Positions 47,415 through 56,881 of a stretch of DNA of 64,000 bases are shown in pieces. Below the pieces are notes generated by a model that was not told the origin of the DNA, searched no databases, and saw only the letters and a program-made list of their open reading frames with translations. Within the stretch, counting starts at the first letter, position 1. Each line of letters begins with the position of its first letter. Source of the stretch: Tannerella sp. (GTDB lineage: Bacteria; Bacteroidota; Bacteroidia; Bacteroidales; Tannerellaceae); NCBI GenBank assembly GCA_031276675.1, contig JAISMO010000114.1, positions 301 to 64,300 of the forward strand. Reading direction: 5' to 3'. The translations under genes were made by a program, and so were the position numbers.

Positions 47415-48638
47415 CTATCGTTTAATCAATTTCGCTGTCCGGACAGTCCCGTTCGACCGGATGCAAATAATGTACGTTCCCGGTTTCAGAGACGAGATAT
47501 CCAATTGTCCGGCGCTGAACGGAGCAGATAGCATTTCCTTTCCCGTGAAGTCATAAATCGAAACAAGTCCATTCATCACTCCAAAATAAATCCGGCTGTA
47601 AGCAGGATTGGGATATACGGCAAGGTATTGTTCCGGAAGCAACTTAATTCCCTCCGAACGCGGCGAAGCGTGCGAGGTGATGAATTTCGTGATTTCCTCC
47701 AGGTAATCCATGCAGTCGCCTGCTTCTTTCCGGAAGAAATAGTTGTGATTCGAGCCGTTTATCTGATAGTGTATGACCTCATATTCCGGATGCGGATAGC
47801 TGATTTTTTCGACCGTAATACCATTTGTTGAAGGATAATAACTGATGTTTTCCGTCACCGGTGCACCCGCGCCGTTGGTTTGCACCCAATAGCGGAGCAC
47901 ATCCTGTTTGGGCTGAGCCAGGTGAACCGTGATTCCGGGCTGTTCGGTCGAACCGGTATAGGGAACGACTTCATCCGTCAGGCTGTGAAAATCGCAGACC
48001 GGCACTTTCATTCCGTTTCCCATTCCCTGAATGTTCAATCCCATCGAACCGACAATGGAAACCATGCCAGCCAGCTTCACAGGCTGTTTCAGCGCAAACT
48101 GATAGGCCATGTAACCTCCCATCGAAGTACCGACCATGAAGATGTTTTCGGATTTCAACGCAAATTCTTCCAGTGTCTGCCGGATAATTAAACGGATAAA
48201 TTCCATATCATCCACCTGTCTGTTCAATTCATCATCCAGCAACAGAATATTTCCCAGGTTCATAACGGCTTTGACTTTCAATCCGCAACTCCAGACTGCA
48301 CGGAGGAAAAGCTTGTTTCCGGTGATGAAACTGATCATCGCCGCCTTGTCAATCAGGCTCTGACTTTGTTCGGGTAAAGCCTGTGGCGCAACAATCAAGT
48401 AGTTAAGTGAATCTGCTATTTTGTAAATGGGATAGCCGTCGAAAAAATCCTCCATGGTACTGTTAAGTCCATGCAGACAGACAATCAAACCCTCCGGACG
48501 GGAACGGGAATTTTCAGGCGTATAAACCAGATATTCCCGTTCGAACTCCCCTGACCGAACCTGCTTTTTTACCGGATTTGCAGCCATCACACCGGCAGCA
48601 GCCAGACAGAACACTGTTATTATTAAGATTCTCTTCAT
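47415..48638 (-). CDS. secreted alpha/beta-hydrolase (esterase/PHB-depolymerase-like) with T9SS C-terminal sorting domain
   Basis: Start MKRILIITVFCLAAAGVMA (signal) and the nucleophile elbow GTSMGG. The C-terminal ~70 aa (VYPNPAYSRIYF...LKPGTYIICIRSNGTVRTAKLIKR) is a Por/T9SS CTD. Confidence 0.85.
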   Translation of the reverse strand: MKRILIITVFCLAAAGVMAANPVKKQVRSGEFEREYLVYTPENSRSRPEGLIVCLHGLNSTMEDFFDGYPIYKIADSLNYLIVAPQALPEQSQSLIDKAAMISFITGNKLFLRAVWSCGLKVKAVMNLGNILLLDDELNRQVDDMEFIRLIIRQTLEEFALKSENIFMVGTSMGGYMAYQFALKQPVKLAGMVSIVGSMGLNIQGMGNGMKVPVCDFHSLTDEVVPYTGSTEQPGITVHLAQPKQDVLRYWVQTNGAGAPVTENISYYPSTNGITVEKISYPHPEYEVIHYQINGSNHNYFFRKEAGDCMDYLEEITKFITSHASPRSEGIKLLPEQYLAVYPNPAYSRIYFGVMNGLVSIYDFTGKEMLSAPFSAGQLDISSLKPGTYIICIRSNGTVRTAKLIKR

Positions 48639-48770
48639 TTTATATCTATAACGGTTTAACATAAAGCGACTTTGAAAAGGCAATCTTCCGGTACTGTGAA
48701 ACTCGCCCGGTCAAATCGAATGCTGTTGCTCTTTTCCATACATCACTGTTTCCATGCCTGTGAAACCCTG

Positions 48771-48778
48771 CAAAGATA
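48771..48778 (-). promoter_or_regulatory. -7 promoter box (TATCTTTG on minus strand)
   Basis: Plus-strand CAAAGATA, 133 nt upstream of the esterase ATG at 48638 (long leader). Confidence 0.4.
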
Positions 48779-48908
48779 ATATTATATAGCGCTTTGCACA
48801 AAAAAATGCCTGTTTTATATCTGAATGATTGTCGATCATTGATGCAAGTTGTGTTTCCCTATCAATCAAAAAAGGACTTACGGTAAAAAGTATGTCCTTT
48901 TTTGGGTG

Positions 48909-48983
48909 TGGGCGTTGACGGATTCGAACCGCCGACCCTCTGCTTGTAAGGCAGATGCTCTGAACCAGCTGAGCTAAACGCCC
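48909..48983 (-). tRNA. tRNA-Val (anticodon TAC)
   Basis: Hand-folded from the reverse complement: GGGCGTT-TA-GCTC..GAGC-A-TCTGC-CTTACAA-GCAGA-GGGTC-GGCGG-TTCGAAT-CCGTC-AACGCCC-A. Confidence 0.9.
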
Positions 48984-49014
48984 TTTGTGATTGCTTTCTT
49001 TGTGAAAAGCAGCG

Positions 49015-49022
49015 CAAAGATA
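49015..49022 (-). promoter_or_regulatory. -7 promoter box (TATCTTTG on minus strand)
   Basis: Plus-strand CAAAGATA, 32 nt upstream of the tRNA-Val 5' end. Confidence 0.5.
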
Positions 49023-49132
49023 ATGCTTATTTTTGAATATGCAATGCTGATGCCGAAAAAACCGTTTCCTCGGAGAATTATTCTTTGCACCCGTCAGAAA
49101 AAAATGAACGCCATGTCGGCAGAAGTCACCTT

Positions 49133-50425
49133 TCATTTGATTTGTTTTCCTGTGAGTAACCATTTCAGTTCTGTAAAATCTTCCCTTGAAGGAAGCAATT
49201 CATGCAGGGAGGTGTGCGTCCGGCGGACAAAAACGATCAGCGAAAACAGCAGCATGACCGAGAAAGCAATACTGGTCGACACGGCCGAACCAAGTACGCC
49301 ATGCACCGGCACCAGCAAACTGCCGGAAATCAGCAGCGCCACCAACCCCACACACGAACAGGCCGTACTGTATTTCACTTTCCCTGTTCCGATAAAATAA
49401 TGGCTCAGGATGTTGTTGGCGCCAAACATGACGACCCCGACCGAAAGTCCCCCGATCACCTTCCGGATGCCCCGAAACTCAGTCGTAAACAGGTAATCGG
49501 TAAAGATCCGCTCGGGGATCAGCAGGATCACACCCGTCACTGCCAGGAGGGCGCAATAGGTCCATTTGAAGAAACGGAGCGTTTGTTGCCGTTGCATTTC
49601 CGGGTCGGATGTCCTGGCCACCTGGCTGTAGGAGATGGCGCTAACACTCCGGTTGATGTGCCAGACGCTTTCGGAGATGCGTGCGCCGGCATCGAATAAC
49701 CCTACCTGTCCGTAACCGCTCAAGCGCTGTAACAGAAAGTAATTCAGCCGTGCCGTCAGGCCTTCCGTCAAGTTGTCCGCGCTGCTCCACAGGCCGTAGA
49801 CAAACATTTTGCTCCACAGGCGGAAGGGAGGCGGCAGGGCGGCGGGCAGCGGTTTTTTTTCGCGCCGGATGCATGCCACCGGATATAAAAACAGCAGACT
49901 CACAAACCAGGCAAGGGCTGTCGAGAGGTACACTCCCCACAGGTAACCTTCCACATCCTGCTTTCCCGCAATGTAATACACATACGGTAAAATAACGAAC
50001 AGGCTTCCTCCCTGAATCATAAACGTTGCATTGAATGCCTTGACACGGTCTTTACCCAGCAGAACGCGCGAATGAATCCCCACCAGCGACAACAGCGTTG
50101 CCAGCCCGTATACTTCCGCGCCGAAGCCCGCCGGCAACATGCCCGTCAGCGCCATTGCGCCGCAGGCAATCGCCGAGCCGGCAAAGGCCCATACATACGC
50201 AGGAAGGAAGACATAACGCAGGGGATAACGGTTCAGGTGATAGACAATGGTGTTTCCGCAAAACACACCGTTAAACAGGAAAACAATGTTTGCCGAGGCA
50301 TAGATCACACCGGCCACTCCCATGCCGTGAATGCCCAGCGCTTTGCCGTTGATGAAAATCAGCATCAGATTCAATGCCGCCACCACATAGCGCGTGGCAA
50401 TCGTTTCCAGTACTTTTTTTAACAT
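49133..50425 (-). CDS. MOP/Wzx-like polysaccharide flippase
   Basis: Start MLKKVLETIATRYVV...; about 12-14 hydrophobic segments in a ~430-aa protein. The track ORF extends to 50539. Confidence 0.75.
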   Translation of the reverse strand: MLKKVLETIATRYVVAALNLMLIFINGKALGIHGMGVAGVIYASANIVFLFNGVFCGNTIVYHLNRYPLRYVFLPAYVWAFAGSAIACGAMALTGMLPAGFGAEVYGLATLLSLVGIHSRVLLGKDRVKAFNATFMIQGGSLFVILPYVYYIAGKQDVEGYLWGVYLSTALAWFVSLLFLYPVACIRREKKPLPAALPPPFRLWSKMFVYGLWSSADNLTEGLTARLNYFLLQRLSGYGQVGLFDAGARISESVWHINRSVSAISYSQVARTSDPEMQRQQTLRFFKWTYCALLAVTGVILLIPERIFTDYLFTTEFRGIRKVIGGLSVGVVMFGANNILSHYFIGTGKVKYSTACSCVGLVALLISGSLLVPVHGVLGSAVSTSIAFSVMLLFSLIVFVRRTHTSLHELLPSREDFTELKWLLTGKQIK

Positions 50426-50438
50426 CCCCCTGCTCCGT

Positions 50439-51674
50439 TCAGTCGCGATGCTGCATCTGCACATCCTCCTCGCTATAGTCCTGATAGAGGAAGTCATTGT
50501 AAGGAAAACGCCGGACGTGAATCTCCCGTACCCGCTCATAAAGCAGCGATTTCAGCCCGTCAATGTTTACCCGCTCCCTTGCCGAGAGAAAGATGCACTG
50601 CTCCGGCAGTTTCGCCATCCAGGTTTCCTGCAGTTCGTTCAGCGGGATATTTTCCCGCACGCGCGGCGTAAGGTCATCTTCTTCTTTGGGAATAAACGTG
50701 AAAGCGTCTATCTTGTTGAATACGATGAGTACCGGCTTTTCCTTGCAGTCAATTTCGACCAGCGTCCTGTGGACCACTTCGATCTGTTCTTCAAACGAAG
50801 GATGCGAGATGTCGACGACATGCAGCAGCAGGTCGGCTTCGCGCACTTCGTCCAGCGTGGACTTGAAGGACTCTACCAGTTCGGTTGGCAGTTTGCGGAT
50901 AAATCCGACCGTGTCGGAGAGCAGGAAAGGCAGGTTGTCGACAATCACCTTACGCACCGTCGTGTCCAGCGTGGCAAACAGCTTGTTTTCGGCAAAGACT
51001 TCGCTTTTGCTCAGCAGCGTCATCAGCGTCGATTTCCCGGCGTTCGTATAGCCGACCAAGGCCACGCGCACCAGTTTGCCGCGGTTCCTGCGCTGAGCCG
51101 ATTTCTGGCGGTCGATCTCGACCAGTTCGCGTTTCAGCCGGGCAATCCGCTCCAGGATGATGCGCCGGTCGGTTTCCAGCTGCGTCTCGCCCGGTCCGCG
51201 CATGTGGATACCGCCACGCTGCCGCTCGAGGTGCGTCCAGAGCCGCGTCAGCCGGGGCAGCATATACCGGTATTGAGCCAGTTCGACCTGCGTTTTGGCA
51301 TGTGCCGTCTGCGCCCGGCGGGCAAAGATGTCGAGAATCAGGTGGGTACGGTCCAGAATCCGTACCTGCAGCACCTTTTCAATGTTGCGCAGCTGTTTGG
51401 CCGACAGTTCATCGTCAAAAATCACGGTTCCAATATCGTTTTCCGTCACATATTCATGGATCTGCTGCAGTTTGCCCGTCCCGACAAAGGTGGCCGCGCA
51501 GGGCATGTCCAGCCGCTGGTAAAACTGCCTGACCGGTTCCAGGCCGGCCGTCTCGGCCAGAAAAGCCAGTTCGCCCACATATTCCCTGGCCTGCCTCTCG
51601 TTTTGTCCGGGCATGATCAGCCCTATCAGCACGGCCTTTTCCGTACGTTCTTCCGTAATAATAAATTCTTTCAT
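50439..51674 (-). CDS. hflX: GTPase HflX
   Basis: The HflX N-domain (ELAFLAETAG), G1 GYTNAGKST, G3 DTVGF and G4 NKID. Confidence 0.95.
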   Translation of the reverse strand: MKEFIITEERTEKAVLIGLIMPGQNERQAREYVGELAFLAETAGLEPVRQFYQRLDMPCAATFVGTGKLQQIHEYVTENDIGTVIFDDELSAKQLRNIEKVLQVRILDRTHLILDIFARRAQTAHAKTQVELAQYRYMLPRLTRLWTHLERQRGGIHMRGPGETQLETDRRIILERIARLKRELVEIDRQKSAQRRNRGKLVRVALVGYTNAGKSTLMTLLSKSEVFAENKLFATLDTTVRKVIVDNLPFLLSDTVGFIRKLPTELVESFKSTLDEVREADLLLHVVDISHPSFEEQIEVVHRTLVEIDCKEKPVLIVFNKIDAFTFIPKEEDDLTPRVRENIPLNELQETWMAKLPEQCIFLSARERVNIDGLKSLLYERVREIHVRRFPYNDFLYQDYSEEDVQMQHRD

Positions 51675-51693
51675 GCGCTACCTGTTTGCAGCG

Positions 51694-51701
51694 CAAAAGT
51701 A
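51694..51701 (-). promoter_or_regulatory. -7 promoter box (TACTTTTG on minus strand)
   Basis: Plus-strand CAAAAGTA, 20 nt upstream of the hflX ATG at 51674. Confidence 0.55.
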
Positions 51702-51938
51702 AGCAATATTCGGCGATTTCCCGGCAGGCCTCAGCAGGAGGGTACATTTCAAAGGTCGCAGCCCGGACACGGATGAAGTGCGGTGCGCCTTTACAGTTCA
51801 TCCGCCCCGGAGGTGCGGGATGGCGGGGTGAGACCCGGAACAGCCTCCCTCCGTGCGGCAGCAGACAGCGTCTGTTTTGGCATCACTCCCTGTTTTCCGG
51901 AACAGGATCCGGACAAAACCGGGGAGAAAAACGGAAAA

Positions 51939-52148
51939 ATGCTTCTTCCTGTCGGCAGAACCGCAAAAACGGACGGATTCATGCTTCTGCCGAGCGGCAG
52001 AACCGCAAAAATGGGCAAAATCATACTTCGTACCAGCGGCAGAAGCATAAAAACGACGATTTTCATGCTTCGTACCAGCGGCAGAACCGCAAAAAAACGC
52101 GGAAACACGATTCTGCCGCAAGTATGAAGCATAAAAACAAAAATAAAC
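51939..52148. repeat. tandem array C: ~5 x 42-bp units
   Basis: The units are 51939-51980, 51981-52022, 52023-52064 and 52065-52106, plus a degenerate fifth. The conserved core is CGGCAGAACCGCAAAAA. Unit 2 carries the inverted arms TTCTGCCG-AG-CGGCAGAA. Confidence 0.9.
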
Positions 52149-52364
52149 CCGTTTTCGCCTGTCCGAAGCGTGAAGCGACGGGAGTGAAGCGTCAGGCGAA
52201 GCGACGGAAGGGCGCCCAAAACAAAAACAGGACTGCAACCGCTTGAAATGCGCCTCAGCAGGAAGGGACGGCTCCCGGGACGGCGCTGCATCGGCGCGGC
52301 CGGCTGCGGTGCACGATCCCGGAAGAATCATTCGGCGATGTGCGGCCAATACGTTTTTTTTGAA

Positions 52365-52372
52365 TACATTTG
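52365..52372 (+). promoter_or_regulatory. -7 promoter box TACATTTG
   Basis: 31 nt upstream of the ATG at 52404. Confidence 0.55.
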
Positions 52373-52403
52373 CGCCCGAACTTTTTAAAAAAAACAGAAA
52401 CAG

Positions 52404-53942
52404 ATGAAGAAGATATTATTACTCTGCGCTATGGGGATGGCGTTTGTGACCGCGCCGGCACAGGATGCGACCGTCCGGAAACTGATTGAACTCGGAAAGA
52501 CGGACAATCAGGTGATGAATCACCTGGATGTGCTTACCAACCGTTTCGGCGGCCGTCCGATCGGTTCGGACGCCTATGACCATGCCGTCGAATGGGTGGC
52601 GTCCAAATTCGCCGAATGGGGACTGGAAGTAGAACTGAACGAAGGCGGCACCGTGCCGGTTGGCTACAATCGCGGCCCGTGGTTCGGACGGATGCTGGGC
52701 GGCGACCGGGCCATGACGCTGCATTTCGTCACGCCTTCCTACTCGTCCGGCACGAAAGGGTTGCAGCGAGGCCACGTCCTGCTTGAGCCAAAGACGCGTG
52801 AAGAACTGAACAGCATGAAAAACGCACTGAAAGGCGCATGGGTGCTGGTGACGGGAAAAAACGTCGGATGGGCGATTCCGCACGGCGCGGCTGCCGATTC
52901 CGCCCGCGCGTCCATCCTTGCCCGGAACGTGGAAATACGTAAACGCAATCAGGCCATTGCTGAAAACAACCGCTTGAAAAACAGGAATGACACCCTGCTG
53001 ACGCTGCTCGACGAGCCGGCGCTGTTCTATCGCGAAATGTGCGAAGCGGGCATTCTGGGCATCATTCAGTCGGCGCCGGTGCCCCTGGTGGCGCTGTATG
53101 ACCGGAGCGTGGTCAAGGATTCGACCATGACGTTTGACCGCCTGCCCGAAATCCCCGACATCAAGCTCGACGAACATCAGTATGAAATCATCCGGCAGAT
53201 GGTGCGCGAGCGGCGCGTGTTTGAACTGGAATTTGACATCCGCAATCATTTCAGGATGGGGCCGGTAAAATACTATAGCGTAGCCGGTAAAATCCGGGGA
53301 AGCGATTATCCGGACGAATACGTCATCCTGAGCGGCCACCTGGATTCGCACGACGCGGCCACCGGCGGCGTAGACTGCGGGGCGGGCGTCACATCCGTCA
53401 TCGAAGCCGCCCGTCTGGTCGCCAAATCAGGCGCGCGGCCCAGGCGCAGCATGCTTTTCATCGCCTTTGCCGGCGAGGAATACGGACTGCTGGGCGCGCA
53501 GGCCTGGGCGGCTTCGCATCCCGAACAGTGGGACAAAATCTCCAACATCTTCAACCGCGACGGCGGCCCGCTGCCTCCGGTCAGCATCAGCGTGCCGAAA
53601 GCCATGTATTCCGATTTCGTTCAAATCTGCGCGCCGCTCTCCTCCATTCATCCCGAAATACCCTTCGAGGTGAAGGAAACCGCTCCGAGACCAAAGCCCG
53701 CACGCCTCAGCGGAACGGATGCCTCCGTTTTCGCCATCAAGGGCATACCGGCCATTTCGCTGGACGAGGAAGACGTCAAAGGCTACAACTTCAATTACCG
53801 CGAAATCTGGCATACGGAACGGGACCTGTACACGAAAAGCATCCCCGAATACCAGCAACATGCGGCCACGGTGATGGCGATTGTCGGGCTGGGCGTGGCG
53901 AATCTCGATCACCTGCTGTCGCGTGAAGGTCTTTACCGGTAA
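52404..53942 (+). CDS. M28 family metallopeptidase (aminopeptidase) with signal peptide
   Basis: MKKILLLCAMGMAFVTAPAQ is a signal peptide. SGHLDSHD, FAGEEYGLLG and WHTERD are zinc-ligand blocks of the M28 family. Confidence 0.9.
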   Translation: MKKILLLCAMGMAFVTAPAQDATVRKLIELGKTDNQVMNHLDVLTNRFGGRPIGSDAYDHAVEWVASKFAEWGLEVELNEGGTVPVGYNRGPWFGRMLGGDRAMTLHFVTPSYSSGTKGLQRGHVLLEPKTREELNSMKNALKGAWVLVTGKNVGWAIPHGAAADSARASILARNVEIRKRNQAIAENNRLKNRNDTLLTLLDEPALFYREMCEAGILGIIQSAPVPLVALYDRSVVKDSTMTFDRLPEIPDIKLDEHQYEIIRQMVRERRVFELEFDIRNHFRMGPVKYYSVAGKIRGSDYPDEYVILSGHLDSHDAATGGVDCGAGVTSVIEAARLVAKSGARPRRSMLFIAFAGEEYGLLGAQAWAASHPEQWDKISNIFNRDGGPLPPVSISVPKAMYSDFVQICAPLSSIHPEIPFEVKETAPRPKPARLSGTDASVFAIKGIPAISLDEEDVKGYNFNYREIWHTERDLYTKSIPEYQQHAATVMAIVGLGVANLDHLLSREGLYR

Positions 53943-54013
53943 CATTCCGGGATGATTATGAAACAGAATGATTCGAACGCCGTCCGGCGGGAGCCGACCG
54001 AAAATAAACGGGC

Positions 54014-55279
54014 ATGTCGCAGCGATACAAAATACTGATAACAGCCAATCACTGTGCGCCGGATCAGGGATCGGAACATGGCGTGGGATGGAATTTCCTG
54101 ACGGGTATTTCAGCGCATCACGATGTCCTGCTGGTATGCAACAGGCACGATTATATCCGCGGCGTCATTGATTTTGTCCAGTCGGAAGAAGGGAGGAAGC
54201 GGAACATCCGGCTGTTCCTGATTGAGCAGAAGGTGAAATACACCCGGGGCATCCGCCTGTTTCCGTTCCTCTATTACGTGGATTACAGGCGCTGGCAGAA
54301 AAAGGTATACCGTCTGGTGTCGGAACTGCTGAAGACCGAACGGATCGACATCATTCATCACATCACCAATTCCACGTTCCGGGAACCGGGCTATCTCTGG
54401 AAACTGGACCGGCCTTTCGTCTGGGGACCTGTCAGCGTGCTGGGCGACGGGCCGGTGCGGTTTCTGTCGCTGTACACCTGGAAGGAGCGATTCAAAACAG
54501 TTGCGCGGCGGGTGACCTGCATGTATCAGCTGCGCTTTTCGAGAAGGCTGAAAAAGGCCACCGGCAGCGCCGCGGCCTGTATCTGCGACTGCCGCCACAC
54601 GGCTGAAGTGATGCACCGCCGGCTGGGCCTGCGCCGGTGGGATGTGATGCCGGAAACCTGCGCCATCCTCAGAGACATCCCCGTCCCCCCGCCGCGCGAG
54701 GCAGCCTCTCCCATCCGGCTGTTATGGGCGGCGGGATTTGATTCCAGGAAAGGCGCCATCCTGCTGGTCGAAGCCTTGCGGATCATTCAGGAGGCGGGCG
54801 ACATCCCCTACCGGCTGACGGTTGCGGGCGACGGGATTTGCCGGAAAAAAATCATCAGGCTCTGCGGAAAATATTCCCTCGCCTACGACTACATGGGACG
54901 GGTTCCCCACGGCGAAATGCCGTCGCTCTATGCCCATTCCCATCTTTTTTTCCTGCCCAGCCTGATGGATGCAACAACCAATGTCGTTTTTGAATCGCTG
55001 GCGAATTACTGTCCGGTGATTGCTCTGAATCATTTATCCTTTAGCGAGGTCGTGGATGAAACCTGCGGACGGAAAGTCGACCTTGTGTCTCCCCGGCAGA
55101 TTGCACGCGACATCGCCGAATACATTCGCTACTTCTACCATCATGAGGAAGAACGTTATCAACTGAGCCTCGGCGCACGCAAACGGGCGGAAAGCTATTC
55201 CCTGGAAAACAGAGCCTGCAGGCTCAATGCGATCTATCGCCGCGTGATGGAAGAACGGGCCGGAGCCGGTACTGCCTGA
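54014..55279 (+). CDS. family 4 (GT-B) glycosyltransferase
   Basis: A C-terminal GT1/GT4 block (LFFLPSLMDATTNVVFESLANYCPVIAL) in a 421-aa protein. Confidence 0.8.
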   Translation: MSQRYKILITANHCAPDQGSEHGVGWNFLTGISAHHDVLLVCNRHDYIRGVIDFVQSEEGRKRNIRLFLIEQKVKYTRGIRLFPFLYYVDYRRWQKKVYRLVSELLKTERIDIIHHITNSTFREPGYLWKLDRPFVWGPVSVLGDGPVRFLSLYTWKERFKTVARRVTCMYQLRFSRRLKKATGSAAACICDCRHTAEVMHRRLGLRRWDVMPETCAILRDIPVPPPREAASPIRLLWAAGFDSRKGAILLVEALRIIQEAGDIPYRLTVAGDGICRKKIIRLCGKYSLAYDYMGRVPHGEMPSLYAHSHLFFLPSLMDATTNVVFESLANYCPVIALNHLSFSEVVDETCGRKVDLVSPRQIARDIAEYIRYFYHHEEERYQLSLGARKRAESYSLENRACRLNAIYRRVMEERAGAGTA

Positions 55280-55488
55280 CACGGCGCCGTTTTCATTTTC
55301 GGATAAAATAAGAGGTGAAAAAATGGGCTTGCGGATATGGCGCCCGTACACAGCCAAAGTCCCCGCAGGGCTTTTTGCCTGTCCATTCCTCCGCTTTTCC
55401 TCCTCCTTTTCCTTCGTCAGCTAAAGCACAGTGTCATCGAGTTAAAAAAAAACCGAAGGATTCTCCCGTTTATAGAAAAGAAGAGGTT

Positions 55489-55532
55489 TATACTTCGCGC
55501 GCCATGCACAAAACCGTACCGCGCGAAGTATA
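55489..55532. repeat. REP-like element family 2, full hairpin copy
   Basis: TATACTTCGCGCG-(18-nt loop)-CGCGCGAAGTATA, a 13-bp perfect stem. The loop plus right arm match 58..93. Confidence 0.8.
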
Positions 55533-55683
55533 AAAGGATATACGACCGCATGTGATTGATAGACCGGAAGCGTAAGTAAGTCCGCAGACGGCGTAAGTGG
55601 ACGGATGAACAAAAAAACAGAACGGATAACATGAATTATTTCAGATAAGACAGGATGAGAAAATTTCTGTGCGGTTCATAACG

Positions 55684-55691
55684 CAAAGATA
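55684..55691 (-). promoter_or_regulatory. orphan -7 promoter box (TATCTTTG on minus strand)
   Basis: Plus-strand CAAAGATA sits in a convergent gap between the GT4 (+) and oxidoreductase (-) 3' ends. Only a doubtful 71-aa ORF (55417..55632), which runs through the REP hairpin, lies downstream. Confidence 0.4.
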
Positions 55692-55815
55692 GAACCTCGA
55701 AGTAATGTTTCCCACACAACATTATGGAGCCGAAAATCTACTGCATGACAGACGAATGGAGTCGCAATTTGGACGCGGTAATGCCACAGGAGATAAACCT
55801 GTTTTTCACCACCTG

Positions 55816-56871
55816 TTACCGGTCGTCTCCGGCCGCGCTTTTATTTTTCTTCAACGCGTAAATCCGCTGGATGATGTCAACGACTTTCAATCCCTCCAGG
55901 ACATTGGTCGTGATGGCTTCGGAGGTATTCCCCCGCAACACGTTAACCACATTGCGAATCACGCAGTGATGATTCTGTGCCGAGCCTTTGTAGGCGCCAT
56001 AATCATTGCCGGGATTCGTCGGAGGAAGCGCCGGCATTTCGTAATCCCTGACATGACATGCCAGCACTTCGTTCATGTATTGCCCGCCGATCTTGACGCT
56101 TCCGTTTTCGGCCACAATCAACATGCTGCTTTCCAGATTCCGGTCCCATACGGAGGTGGAATAGTTCAGGCTGCCCATACCTCCGTTCACGAAATGGAAG
56201 TGAAGTATCCCCGAATCTTCAAAGTCGGTCAGTCCGGCGTGATTGAAGTCGGCGAAACGCGCCTGTATGTCGCAGATGTCGCCGAAAAGCCAGTACATGA
56301 TGTCAATGAAATGAGAGAATTGCGTAAACAGCGTACCTCCGTCCAGTGCCGCCTTGCCATGCCAGCTGTCCGGTCTGTAATAGCGTTCGTCACGGTTCCA
56401 GTAACAGTTCAGCTGCACCATGCAGATGTTTCCCAGCCGGCCGGATTCGATGAGTTCCTTTATCCAGACTGAGGGCGGAGAATAACGGTTCTGCATGACG
56501 CAGAAGGCTTGCCTCCGGTATTTCAGGGCGCTGAAAACAATCCGTTCCGCATCGGCAACCGTCAGCGCCATCGGTTTCTCGATCACTGCGTGGCGGCCGG
56601 CCTCAATCGCCTGAACAGCCATGTCCGCATGAAGGCCGTTGGGTGTACAGATATTGATTACGTCAACCTCCCGTTCGCGGTGAAGCAAGTCTGTCAGACT
56701 GCTGAAAAAAGGGACCTGATACGCTTCAAGCCCCAGGGTCTCTTCGGGAAGGATATCGCACAGCGCCGCCAGTTCGGCGCCCTCATCGCGCATAATCATT
56801 TCCGCGTGGCGCTTCCCGATATGTCCGCATCCGACCACGGCAAAGCGTATCTTCTTCTGCTGATCCGCCAT
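55816..56871 (-). CDS. Gfo/Idh/MocA family oxidoreductase (WbpB-like sugar-nucleotide dehydrogenase)
   Basis: Start MADQQKKIRFAVVGCGHIGKRH, a Rossmann N-terminus. It is adjacent to a DegT aminotransferase. Confidence 0.9.
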   Translation of the reverse strand: MADQQKKIRFAVVGCGHIGKRHAEMIMRDEGAELAALCDILPEETLGLEAYQVPFFSSLTDLLHREREVDVINICTPNGLHADMAVQAIEAGRHAVIEKPMALTVADAERIVFSALKYRRQAFCVMQNRYSPPSVWIKELIESGRLGNICMVQLNCYWNRDERYYRPDSWHGKAALDGGTLFTQFSHFIDIMYWLFGDICDIQARFADFNHAGLTDFEDSGILHFHFVNGGMGSLNYSTSVWDRNLESSMLIVAENGSVKIGGQYMNEVLACHVRDYEMPALPPTNPGNDYGAYKGSAQNHHCVIRNVVNVLRGNTSEAITTNVLEGLKVVDIIQRIYALKKNKSAAGDDR

Positions 56872-56881
56872 AACTTCCCCG

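Noticed and set aside
48711-49163. 150-aa minus-strand ORF.
   Set aside because: It runs straight through tRNA-Val (48909..48983) and its promoter. It has no protein features.
51706-52340. Flanking repeats ATTCGGCGAT (51706 and 52330) and GCCTCAGCAGGA (51728 and 52251) as the boundaries of an inserted or invertible element.
   Set aside because: The two motifs occur in swapped order at the two ends, which fits neither direct nor inverted terminal repeats. A 10-mer match within 700 bp is close to chance expectation, and only the 12-mer is mildly unexpected.
51686-52349. ORFs 51686..52246 (+), 51783..52127 (+), 51791..52291 (-) and 51798..52349 (-) in the hflX/peptidase gap.
   Set aside because: They are mutually overlapping, extremely basic, low-complexity translations of the 42-bp repeat and the GAAGCG tract. 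They are open on both strands for the same reason as in array A.
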